Assembly (NCBI GenBank): GCA_934162365.1
Contig: CAKPIK010000001.1
Location: 341,501-405,500, forward strand
Reading direction: 5' to 3'
DNA from: an uncultured Clostridia bacterium
GTDB lineage: Bacteria > Bacillota > Clostridia > TANB77 > CAG-508
DNA length: 64,000 nt
Shown here: positions 28,041-37,410 of the stretch, piece after piece
How the letters are laid out: every line of letters begins with the position of its first letter
How positions within the stretch are numbered: position 1 is the stretch's first letter
Translations under genes and position numbers: made by a program
The notes under the pieces: model-generated
Told to the model about the DNA's origin: nothing
Databases searched by the model: none
Seen by the model: only the letters and a program-made list of their open reading frames with translations

Positions 28041-28706
28041 ATGGAAATTTTAAAAGTTGAACATTTAACTAAAAAATATGGAAAAGGAGAAAATGAAGTT
28101 ATAGCTGTAAATGATATGTCTTTTTCAGTAAATAAAGGTGAATTTGTTGCAATAGTTGGTAGTTCTGGAAGCGGCAAATCAACTTTGTTACATTTACTAG
28201 GTGGCGTAGATAGACCAACTTCTGGAAAAGTATTTATAGAAGGAAAAAATATATATGAATTAAATGATGATAATTTGGCAATTTTTAGAAGAAGACAAGT
28301 AGGATTAATTTATCAGTTTTATAACTTAATCCCAATATTAAATGTAGAAGAAAATATAACTCTTCCATGTGATTTAGATGGAAAAAATGTAAATAAAGAG
28401 CAATTAAAAGAATTATTAAAAACATTAGGATTAGAAAATAGAGTAAAACATCTTCCAAATCAATTATCTGGAGGACAACAACAAAGAGTTTCAATAGGTA
28501 GAGCTTTAATTACAAATCCAGCAATAGTATTAGCAGATGAACCAACAGGAAATCTAGACTCAAAAGCAAGTGATGAAATAGTTGAACTATTAAAATTATC
28601 AAATAAAAAATATAATCAAACTGTTATAATGATAACTCATAACTTGGAAATTGCAAAAGAAGCAGATAGAATTATTAGAATTGAAGATGGCAGAATTTTA
28701 AATTAA
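28041..28706 (+). CDS. ABC transporter ATP-binding protein (MacB/BceA-type)
   Basis: GSSGSGKST, LSGGQQQRVSIGRAL and VLADEPTGNLD motifs. Confidence 0.9.
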   Translation: MEILKVEHLTKKYGKGENEVIAVNDMSFSVNKGEFVAIVGSSGSGKSTLLHLLGGVDRPTSGKVFIEGKNIYELNDDNLAIFRRRQVGLIYQFYNLIPILNVEENITLPCDLDGKNVNKEQLKELLKTLGLENRVKHLPNQLSGGQQQRVSIGRALITNPAIVLADEPTGNLDSKASDEIVELLKLSNKKYNQTVIMITHNLEIAKEADRIIRIEDGRILN

Positions 28707-28757
28707 ATATAAAAAATTTAATTTAAAATCTATAGATAAAAGAAAGGACGAACGAAG

Positions 28758-31376
28758 ATGAATTTGTTAAATAAATTAACTATTACAAATTTAAAATTAA
28801 ACAAAAAAAGAACAATAGTTACAATCATTGGAATTATTCTTGCAACAGCACTAATAACAGCAGTGGCAGGAATGGTTACAAGTTTTAGGCAAACTTTGAT
28901 TAATTGGACTATAAAAACAGATGGAAATTATCATTATAGCTTTAAGAACGTTCCAAGTGAAGAGCTAAAATATATTGAAAATAATAGAAGTATAGAAAAC
29001 TATTATTTGACACAAGGTATTGGCTATGCTAAATTAAATGAAAGTAAAAATGAATATAAACCTTATTTATATGTGATGTCATATAACAATGGGGCATTAA
29101 AAAATGCACCAATTGACCTAGTGGAGGGAAGATTACCACAAAATGAAAATGAACTTGTAATATCAGAACATATTATTACTAATGGAAAAGTAAATTATAA
29201 AATAGGACAAAAAATTTCTTTAGAAATGGGAGAAAGATTAAGTGAAAATTCAAAATTAGATCAGCAGAATCCATATAATAAAGATGAGGAAGAATTTAAT
29301 TTTAAATTTAATAAAACGTATGAAATAGTTGGAATAATGCAAAGACAAAAAAATAATGTTGAACCATATTCTGCACCTGGATATACTGTAATTACATATC
29401 TTGATGATAGTAATATTAAAGAAAATACAAATATATATGTGTTACTTAATAAAAATAAATTAAAAGACAGATATAAGGTATTTGCTGATATTTTAAATAT
29501 TCCAGAAGATTTAGCAGAAAAAAATGTAAAAGGTACAATAACCATAGAAAAATTTGATAAGCTAAATGAAACTGCTAAGTATAAATTTGAAATTAATAAA
29601 GATTTGCTAAGATTTCAAGCTTTAGAATTTGGAGATTCAATTTTAAGTACGTTATATGCATTAAGTATAATAATTATTTCGATAATTATTGTAACAAGTG
29701 TATTTTGTATACGAAATAGTTTTGCAATATCTATAACAGAAAAAATGAAGCAATATGGAATGCTTGCATCTGTTGGTGCAACATCAAAACAAATAAAGAA
29801 AAACGTATTTTATGAAGCATTAATATTATCTGTTATTGCTATACCAATAGGCGTACTTTGTGGAATGCTTGCTGTATTTATAGTATTAAAAGTAATAAGT
29901 GCAATATTGGCAGAATCATTAAACGGAATGATATTTGTGTACAGTATTCCATGGGCAGCAATAGGCATTTCAGTAATACTAGCGATGATTACAATATTCT
30001 TATCAGCTAGAAAATCTGCAAAAAGAGCAGCTAAAGTTTCTCCAATTGAAGCAATAAGATCAAATGAAGATATTAAAGTAAAATCTAAAAAACTTAGATC
30101 TCCAAAGATTATTAAGAAGATATTTGGAGTTGGTGGAGATATTGCATATAAAAATCTAAAAAGAAATAAGAAAAAATATAGAACAACGGTTATTTCAATA
30201 GTTGTAAGTGTTGCAATATTTATACCAACATCAACATTTATTAATTATGCATTTAAAACTTCATCAATGTATTATCAATATGGAGAAGCAAGGTATAATT
30301 TAGTGGTAAGAGTTCAAAAACAAAACCAAGCAGATAATGAAAGTATAAACAAAATAATTGAACTAGATGGTATAAAAGAGTATTCAATACAAAGATCAGT
30401 AATCGCTAGTGTAGATATTAAAGATGTAAAATATTCAAGTATGGGAAGAGAATATATAGGAAAATTTGAAGAAGAGGGAGGATCAACTACTACAAACTTT
30501 AGTATTTATTCAGTTGACAAAGAAGAATATAATAGATACATAAGTAAACTTGGATTAAAATATGATGATGTAAAAGACAAAGCAATATTAATAAATAGTG
30601 CAATAACCTATGTTGAAAATGATAAGGGAAAATATATAAATACAAAATTTGAACCATATGAATATAAAGTAGGAGATATAATAAAAGTAAAATTAGTAGG
30701 AGATGGCATAGAAGATAAAAATACTCAAATTGAAATAGCTAAAACAACAGACAAAGTTCCAATGGGATTTGAGGGTAGAACAAGTAATGGGTATCTTATA
30801 GTAAGCAATGAATGGATTGAGCAAAATAGTAATTATCTACTGAATGGAATCGAGCTTTATATAAATTGTAATAATTCAGATGTATTAGAAGAAAATATAA
30901 GAAAGATAGATAAAAATCTTAATATAATTAATATAGATTCATCTATAAGAGAACAAAAAGCAATGTGGATAGTAATTGCAATATTCCTTTATGGATTTAT
31001 AACAGTAATTTCATTAATTGGCGTTACAAATATATTTAATACAATAACAACAAATATGAACTTACGAAGTAAGGAATTTGCAAACTTAAAATCTATTGGA
31101 ATGACAACTAAAGAATTTAATAGAATGATAAGATTAGAAAGTATATTTTATGGAACTAAATCATTATTAATAGGAATACCAATTGGAACATTATTGTCTT
31201 ATTTAATGTTTAAAGCCTTTGGAGAAAGTGTAGACTTTGGATTTATATTCCCAGTAAGCGGAGTATCAATTTCAATAATAGCCGTATTTGTATTGATAAT
31301 AAGCATAATGAAATATTCATTAAATAAAATAAACAAACAAAATATAATTGAAACTATAAGAAAAGATAATATATAA
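28758..31376 (+). CDS. FtsX-family ABC permease (two FtsX domains)
   Basis: 872 aa with TM clusters around residues 300-420 and 740-860. MKQYGMLASVGAT and LKSIGMT FtsX signatures. Confidence 0.8.
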   Translation: MNLLNKLTITNLKLNKKRTIVTIIGIILATALITAVAGMVTSFRQTLINWTIKTDGNYHYSFKNVPSEELKYIENNRSIENYYLTQGIGYAKLNESKNEYKPYLYVMSYNNGALKNAPIDLVEGRLPQNENELVISEHIITNGKVNYKIGQKISLEMGERLSENSKLDQQNPYNKDEEEFNFKFNKTYEIVGIMQRQKNNVEPYSAPGYTVITYLDDSNIKENTNIYVLLNKNKLKDRYKVFADILNIPEDLAEKNVKGTITIEKFDKLNETAKYKFEINKDLLRFQALEFGDSILSTLYALSIIIISIIIVTSVFCIRNSFAISITEKMKQYGMLASVGATSKQIKKNVFYEALILSVIAIPIGVLCGMLAVFIVLKVISAILAESLNGMIFVYSIPWAAIGISVILAMITIFLSARKSAKRAAKVSPIEAIRSNEDIKVKSKKLRSPKIIKKIFGVGGDIAYKNLKRNKKKYRTTVISIVVSVAIFIPTSTFINYAFKTSSMYYQYGEARYNLVVRVQKQNQADNESINKIIELDGIKEYSIQRSVIASVDIKDVKYSSMGREYIGKFEEEGGSTTTNFSIYSVDKEEYNRYISKLGLKYDDVKDKAILINSAITYVENDKGKYINTKFEPYEYKVGDIIKVKLVGDGIEDKNTQIEIAKTTDKVPMGFEGRTSNGYLIVSNEWIEQNSNYLLNGIELYINCNNSDVLEENIRKIDKNLNIINIDSSIREQKAMWIVIAIFLYGFITVISLIGVTNIFNTITTNMNLRSKEFANLKSIGMTTKEFNRMIRLESIFYGTKSLLIGIPIGTLLSYLMFKAFGESVDFGFIFPVSGVSISIIAVFVLIISIMKYSLNKINKQNIIETIRKDNI

Positions 31377-31393
31377 AGATATGTGAATAGTAT

Positions 31394-31427
31394 AAAGGAT
31401 AGGCACAGCCTATCCTTTGTGTTTTTG
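31394..31427 (+). terminator. rho-independent terminator
   Basis: AAAGGATAGG-cacag-CCTATCCTTT followed by GTGTTTTT. Confidence 0.7.
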
Positions 31428-31500
31428 GTAGAGATTATTTGTCACAATAATATGTTTTTCGACATAGTATATATAAGCCTAGATTAATAGAGGTGGTACT

Positions 31501-32327
31501 ATGGAAAAAATAAAAAAACGGAGATATTGTTGCGAGAAAATCTCATGGATTTGATATATTATTCACAGTAGAAAAAATTATTAGAAGTACTAATGGTATG
31601 CAGATAGCTATTTTAAAAGGAATAACAGTTAGAATTGTAGCAGATGCATATTTAAATGATCTTGTTGTAATTGGTGAAGAAGAAGCTGATAATTGTTTAA
31701 GAAGTTTGGATACTCAAATTGAAAAAAGAGTAAATACTTTTCTAAAGCAATATAATCAAATAAAACATAAAGATAGAAAAATAGAGAGTGGGAAGGCAGG
31801 GCTTATTCTACATTTGGACGGAGATAAACTTTATTCTGAAAAAACAAGTAGATATTATAAAAAAATGGGACTTGATGCCATAGTTTTAAATATTCCAGAA
31901 GTAAAACAACCTATGCTTGTAAAAGGGTATTTAGAAAAATACAAACCTGATGTTTTAGTATTAACTCGGACATGATGGAATGATTAAAAGTGGTACTAAA
32001 TATGGAGATTTATCTAATTATAGAAATTCAAAATATTTTGTAAAAGCAGTTTTAGAAGCAAGAAAAATTAATCCGTCAAGTAATAAACTCGCCATATTTG
32101 CAGGAGCATGTCAAAGTTTTTTTGAAGCAATAATGGCAGCAGGAGCTAATTTTGCTTCATCTCCTGGAAGGATATTAATAGATTTTATGGATCCACTTAT
32201 TGTTGCGGAAAAAATAGCCATTACAGAAAGAAGTAAGTTTGTAACAATAAATGATATTGTGAAAGATTTACGAGATGGCAGAAAAAGCATAGATGGTAGC
32301 GGAGTGATGGGAAAAAAAGCCTTGTAA
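31501..32327 (+). pseudogene. yabG: sporulation-specific protease YabG, interrupted by two apparent +1 frameshifts
   Basis: GAGGTGG RBS plus ATG 31501 (MEKIK...). The YabG frame KNGDIVARKSHGFDILF... opens at 31514, after the A7 run (31512-31518). The frame shifts again at ...VLVLT/cGHDGMIKSG (extra base ~31967). Track ORFs 31598..31975 and 31980..32327 are the fragments. Confidence 0.7.
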
Positions 32328-32491
32328 TATAATTGTAATATTTCTGTAACACAAAAGTAAAATTAGATAATAAAAAGCTCGAAAAAGTATTGAAATACAG
32401 TATTACAGCGTTTTATGTAGAATAATGTTATTTTGACTTTTTATGTAGATAATGATATAATGTGACCATCTTAAAAAAGTAGGTGGTCAAA

Positions 32492-32785
32492 ATGATATTG
32501 CCAAATGATATCACAAATTTAAAAACTGATATTACGGACAAAATTGGACAAAAGATAATAGTTAAAGGAGCACTTGGAAGAAGCAAATTTTTTGAGAAAG
32601 AAGCCACAATAGAAAAAACATATCCTAACTTATTTATAGTGAAATATGATGACGAAGAAAGAAACGTTACATATAGCTATAAAGATGTTTTGACTAGAAC
32701 TGTTGAAGTTGAAGTTTATGACGGTGAGGGATATAGCCCTTTAATTCCACCACCTGTGGAAACAAAGAAAATAAAAAATTTTTAA
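32492..32785 (+). CDS. veg: Veg protein
   Basis: KIIVKGALGRSKFFEKEATIEKTYPNLFIV...VTYSYKDVLTRTVEVEV matches Veg. Strong TTGACT-17-TATAAT promoter upstream. Conserved yabG-veg order. Confidence 0.85.
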   Translation: MILPNDITNLKTDITDKIGQKIIVKGALGRSKFFEKEATIEKTYPNLFIVKYDDEERNVTYSYKDVLTRTVEVEVYDGEGYSPLIPPPVETKKIKNF

Positions 32786-32938
32786 CAGTATAAAATAATT
32801 TATAGGATGAAAGTAATAATAAATATACAAAAGAAAAGATTCTTTGAGAAAAGAACCCAAAATGTTTAATGTTTTTGGTTCTTTTTTTTTATTTATTTAA
32901 TATATTTTACTAAATATATTAAATATAAGGAGGTTATT

Positions 32939-34492
32939 ATGGAAGTAGAAGCAACAAGACAAACTATAACAGTAAATAAACTAATAAGTTCAAAAAAAGA
33001 ATTTATAACAATTGAAGGAGACACAATAGTTCCTGATGTAAAACCAGATATATTAAATACAATAGACACAGCTGGAAATGTATGTATATACAAAAAAGAA
33101 GTATTAGATGGAAAAGTAAGATTTGACGGTAGTATAAACTTAAATATAGTATATTTAGCTGATAGTGACAATGAATTTACAAGAGGATTGACTACCACTT
33201 TAGATTTTACTCAGATGATTGAAGTTGAAAATTGCAAAGCAGGAATGAGTGTAAGAAGCAATATATCTATAAAGGATATAGATTGCAAGGTTTTAAACGG
33301 AAGAAAGATTAATACTAAAGTAATGTTAGAAGTAGATGTAAAAATATATTCAAATGAAGAAGCTCAAATTTTAAAACAAATTGATAATATTGAGGAGATT
33401 CAAACGCTAAATTCAAGTATGCAAATAAATAATTTAGTAGGAGAAGCAACTTGTAAGGCAAGTGCAAAAGATAATATTTCATATGATGCGGATGATAATT
33501 TGGCTGAAATATTAAAAACAGAAGTAAAAGTTATAAATAGTGAAATGAAGGTAAGTTATAATAAAATATTATTAAAAGCTGATGCAAATGTGAAAATTAT
33601 GTATTTAACAGAGAATGGTGATATAAAAATTATTTCATCTAACATACCTATTATGGGATTTGCAGATATAAATGATGTTTCAGAAAACAATATATTAAGT
33701 TGTAATTATGAAATGAAAAACATGATTATAAAACCTAATTCTACAGACCAACATTCAATATATGTTGAAATTGAATTTGAAATTAGTTGCGATGCTGTTG
33801 ATACGATTGATATTAATTTAATACAAGATATGTATTGTCCTTGTATGAATTTGAAGTATAACCAAAAAGAAATTGCTACAATAACTAATAAACAAATAAG
33901 TAAGAATACTTTTAATATAAGAGAAAAAATATCAGTACCTGAGATTTCAAATAACAAAATATATGATGTTGAAATTATGCCAGATATAACTAATACTAAT
34001 ATACTAAATGGAAGAATTGTATATGAAGGCGAAGTAAAATTAAATTTTATATTTTCATCAGAAGCTAACACTAGAATTGACACCAAAAGATATGTTTTAC
34101 CATTTACATATAATTTAGACAACAATGATATTGAAGCTAATAAGATTGTTAATACAAAAGTAGATTGTACAAATAATGAATTTGTTATAACAACAGATGG
34201 AATGATAGAATGTAAAATAGATTTAATGTTTGAATTAGAAACGTATAATAATACAAATATCAATATAATGGATGAAATAAATGTAGAAGATGAAAATATT
34301 AATCCTGGACCTAGCATGATAATACATATAGTAAAACAAGGAGACACATTGTGGAAAATAGCAAAACAACATAATACAACAGTTCAAGATATTATAAGTG
34401 TAAATAAAATTGATGATCCTAATAATCTTAGTATAGGTCAAAAGTTATTTATACCGCGCTTTAGTAGAACTAAAATAGGAAATATTGCATAA
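32939..34492 (+). CDS. sipL: SipL-like spore coat morphogenetic protein (DUF3794 repeats + C-terminal LysM)
   Basis: 517 aa. C-terminal LysM HIVKQGDTLWKIAKQHNTTVQDIISVNKIDDPNNLSIGQKLFIP. Size, architecture and position near yabG match C. difficile SipL. Confidence 0.65.
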   Translation: MEVEATRQTITVNKLISSKKEFITIEGDTIVPDVKPDILNTIDTAGNVCIYKKEVLDGKVRFDGSINLNIVYLADSDNEFTRGLTTTLDFTQMIEVENCKAGMSVRSNISIKDIDCKVLNGRKINTKVMLEVDVKIYSNEEAQILKQIDNIEEIQTLNSSMQINNLVGEATCKASAKDNISYDADDNLAEILKTEVKVINSEMKVSYNKILLKADANVKIMYLTENGDIKIISSNIPIMGFADINDVSENNILSCNYEMKNMIIKPNSTDQHSIYVEIEFEISCDAVDTIDINLIQDMYCPCMNLKYNQKEIATITNKQISKNTFNIREKISVPEISNNKIYDVEIMPDITNTNILNGRIVYEGEVKLNFIFSSEANTRIDTKRYVLPFTYNLDNNDIEANKIVNTKVDCTNNEFVITTDGMIECKIDLMFELETYNNTNINIMDEINVEDENINPGPSMIIHIVKQGDTLWKIAKQHNTTVQDIISVNKIDDPNNLSIGQKLFIPRFSRTKIGNIA

Positions 34493-34559
34493 CATGTAAA
34501 GAGCAAACAATTAAGTTTGCTCTTTTAAATAATATAAAATTTCTCATTAGGAGGAAAAT

Positions 34560-35273
34560 ATGTCGTTAATATACTCAAGACCAAGGCTAAAATTGCCGCG
34601 ATTATATATATATAATTCTAATAGAAATAACAGTAATAATAAAAATAAAAAAGCTGTTATTATAACTATATTAATAATGATATTAATTTCATACATAGTA
34701 TTAAAGTCTGTAACCCCAATATTTAACGACGTGTGTATAGATAAAGCTAAAAGTGTAGCTACAATTGTTACTAATGAAGAAATAGGTAAAGCAATAGAAG
34801 GGTATAAATATTCGGATTTTATAATTATTCATAAAGATGATAATGGTAATGTAATCATGTTAGAATCTAATATGGTAAATATTAATACTGTAATATCAAA
34901 TGCTGCTACTAATATTCAATTACACTTTGATAATATAAAAAATGAAGATATAACAATTAGCTTAGGTAGTTTTACTGGAATTAGTATATTGGCAGGAAGA
35001 GGATACCCTGTACCAATAAGAATATCAACGGTTGGAAATGTAAAAACAGAAGTTAAAAGTGAATTTATAGAAAAAGGAATTAATCAAACATTACATAGAC
35101 TGTATTTAGATATAGAATGTGAGGTAAGTATATTAACACCATTTAATACAATAAAAAAGAAAGTTAATAATCAATTAATTATAGCTGAAAATGTTATTGT
35201 TGGAAAGATACCAAGTGCATATTATAATTTAAGTGGAATAAGCCAAAGTGAAGCAATGGAAGTTATTGAATAA
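34560..35273 (+). CDS. yunB: sporulation protein YunB
   Basis: N-terminal TM anchor, then ...GSFTGISILAGRGYPVPIRISTVGNVKTEVKSEF...NQTLHRLYLDIECEVSILTP, typical of YunB. Confidence 0.6.
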   Translation: MSLIYSRPRLKLPRLYIYNSNRNNSNNKNKKAVIITILIMILISYIVLKSVTPIFNDVCIDKAKSVATIVTNEEIGKAIEGYKYSDFIIIHKDDNGNVIMLESNMVNINTVISNAATNIQLHFDNIKNEDITISLGSFTGISILAGRGYPVPIRISTVGNVKTEVKSEFIEKGINQTLHRLYLDIECEVSILTPFNTIKKKVNNQLIIAENVIVGKIPSAYYNLSGISQSEAMEVIE

Positions 35274-35409
35274 AAAATTGTCAAAAAATAAAAATATTTC
35301 AATAAAAAGTATTGACATTTTGGAAAATATATATTAAACTGGGTTCATAAAAAATAGGGAAAAGAAAAAATATGGGGAGCTAAAATCTTTAAGAAAGGAG
35401 GTTCCCAGT

Positions 35410-36111
35410 ATGAATGATTTAGAACAAAAAGTTGATAAAATTCTTGAGAAGCAAGACATAATACAAAAAAGTATGCTTAATATTCAGAATAACGAAATTG
35501 GCATAATAGCAACTCAAAAAGATATGTTGACTACGCAATTTGAAATGCAACAAGATATAAATAAAATGCATCAAAATGTAAAACAAATGCAAGAAAACAT
35601 ATCTGGAATTCAAGAAAATATTGTTAAAATGAAACAAGACATAAACAGATTAGACAATAAGATTGATACAAAATATGAAGAATTAAACAATAAGATGGAT
35701 GCACAATATGAAGAATTAAACAATAAGATGGATGCACAATATGAAGAATTAAACAACAAAATGGATGCACAATATGAAGAATTAAACAATAAAATGGATG
35801 CACAATATGAAGAATTAAACAACAAAATGGATGCACAATATGAAAAATTAAACAACAAAATGGATGCACAATATGAAGAATTAAATAACAAGATAGATGA
35901 ACAATATGCAAAACTAGATAATAAAATAGATACTCAGTATGAAAAATTAAACAACAAAATTGATACTCAATATAATAGAATTGATAAAAAGTTAGATGCC
36001 AACATATACGATATTTCTGAGATGTTTCAAGACTTATATAAACATATTGGCGTACATAATAGTAAAAGTAGCAATAATAAAACTAATTTTAAGCTACTAA
36101 AAAGAAATTAA
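35410..36111 (+). CDS. coiled-coil protein with 11-residue tandem repeats
   Basis: 233 aa. Ten consecutive 11-aa units, with six near-identical MDAQYEELNNK copies. No family recognised. Confidence 0.6.
   Translation: MNDLEQKVDKILEKQDIIQKSMLNIQNNEIGIIATQKDMLTTQFEMQQDINKMHQNVKQMQENISGIQENIVKMKQDINRLDNKIDTKYEELNNKMDAQYEELNNKMDAQYEELNNKMDAQYEELNNKMDAQYEELNNKMDAQYEKLNNKMDAQYEELNNKIDEQYAKLDNKIDTQYEKLNNKIDTQYNRIDKKLDANIYDISEMFQDLYKHIGVHNSKSSNNKTNFKLLKRN
35662..35991 (+). repeat. 33-bp in-frame tandem repeat, 10 units
   Basis: Unit is ATGGATGCACAATATGAAGAATTAAACAA(T/C)AA(G/A). The six central units (about 35695-35892) differ only at a few mostly synonymous positions. Confidence 0.9.
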
Positions 36112-36272
36112 AATTGGAAGTATACTTCAAGGTATGTTTTACTACCTAAATTATATAACCCTAAAAATACTTATTAAGCGCTTAATAAGTATTTTTTAAA
36201 TTAACAATTATTGACACATATTTACATTATGGTATAATTAAACAGTAAAAATTAAATAAATGGTGAAAATAA

Positions 36273-37224
36273 ATGGAAGAACAAAAGAAAGAAAAGTCTA
36301 AAACGCGGAATAAAAGTATTTTCAGTAATAATTGTATTAGTTGGTTTTATATTAATAATGGCATACTTGCTTATAGATCAAAAAAATAATATCGAATTTA
36401 AATTATTAGGTAATAGTAATATAGTTATAGAAGCTGGAAATGAATATATAGATGCAGGGTTTATTGCTAAAACTAAAAATAGAAGTTTAAATAATAAAGT
36501 TAATATATTAACAAATGTTAATACAAATGTGCTTGGAAATTATGTTATTAAATATAACTTGAATATTAATTATTTGGGAGTTAATCAAACCTTATATAGA
36601 AATGTAAAAGTTGTAGATACAACGGCACCTATTTTAAAAATAGATAGTGAAGAACAAGTTGAAATATATGCAGATGATAACTATTCACTACCAACATATA
36701 CGGCAATGGATAATTATGATGGAGATATAACTAATAAAGTACAGATTGAATCTAATCTGAATACAAAAGAAGCAGGAACATATGAAATTAATTATTCTGT
36801 AAGTGACACAAGTGGAAATACAACAAAAGATACAATTACAGTAAAGGTAAAAAAGAAGAAAAATCCATATATTATTGTTTCTATTTCTAAACAAACATTA
36901 GAGTATTATGAATATGATAAATTAGTGCTATTTTCAAATATTGTAACAGGAATAGATGGAAAAACACCAACTGGAACATTTAAAGTTTTAAACAAAGCAA
37001 CAGATATAATATTGAGAGGAGCAGATTATGCAAGCTTTGTAAATTACTGGATAGCATTTAAAGGACATTCTTTTGGATTTCATGATGCATCATGGAGAAG
37101 TAAATTTGGAGAAACAATATATAAAACAAATGGAAGTCATGGATGCATAAATATGCCATACAGCAAGGTAAAACAATTATATAATATAGTTTCAATTGGG
37201 ACTCCCGTATATATAAAAAAATAA
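36273..37224 (+). pseudogene. L,D-transpeptidase (Ig-like domain + YkuD) with an apparent +1 frameshift in the signal-anchor region
   Basis: ATG 36273 gives MEEQKKEKSKT. The next frame gives KRGIKVFSVIIVLVGFILIMAYLL (TM anchor) and continues into track ORF 36358..37224. Deleting one A of AAAA 36300-36303 joins them. YkuD catalytic motif GSHGCINM. Confidence 0.6.
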
Positions 37225-37279
37225 AAATAAGCTTAGATTAAAAGGTAAGAAAAAGAAAATCTTACCTTTTTTAGATTTT

Positions 37280-37306
37280 TTAGCAAAAGAACTTGACAAG
37301 TGCTAA
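37280..37306 (+). promoter_or_regulatory. CIRCE-like operator 1, overlapping the -35 box
   Basis: TTAGCAAAA-N9-AAGTGCTAA. Consensus is TTAGCACTC-N9-GAGTGCTAA. Confidence 0.5.
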
Positions 37307-37320
37307 AAATGATGTATAAT
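37293..37320 (+). promoter_or_regulatory. hrcA operon sigma-A promoter
   Basis: TTGACA, 16-nt spacer, TATAAT, with TG one base upstream of the -10 box (TGTTATAAT). Confidence 0.65.
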
Positions 37321-37330
37321 AATATATGTG

Positions 37331-37357
37331 TTAGCAAATAATACTAAAGAGTGCTAA
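37331..37357 (+). promoter_or_regulatory. CIRCE operator 2
   Basis: TTAGCAAAT-aatactaaa-GAGTGCTAA, with a 9-nt spacer and a perfect right arm. Confidence 0.7.
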
Positions 37358-37410
37358 CAAGGTTTGAAAAATCCAAACTTATAAAATCAACATTGAGAGA
37401 GGAATAAAAA

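Noticed and set aside
35662-35991. The 33-bp tandem repeats as CRISPR or non-coding satellite DNA.
   Set aside because: The repeats are in frame inside a long ORF and encode an 11-residue coiled-coil unit. There are no spacers.
21422-36360. Programmed ribosomal frameshifting as the general explanation for the broken genes.
   Set aside because: Apart from the homopolymer runs, I recognised no slippery heptamer or stimulatory structure. The affected genes are unrelated to each other. Sequencing error, decay or transcriptional slippage (for the A10 run) are simpler explanations, and the question stays open until reads are checked.
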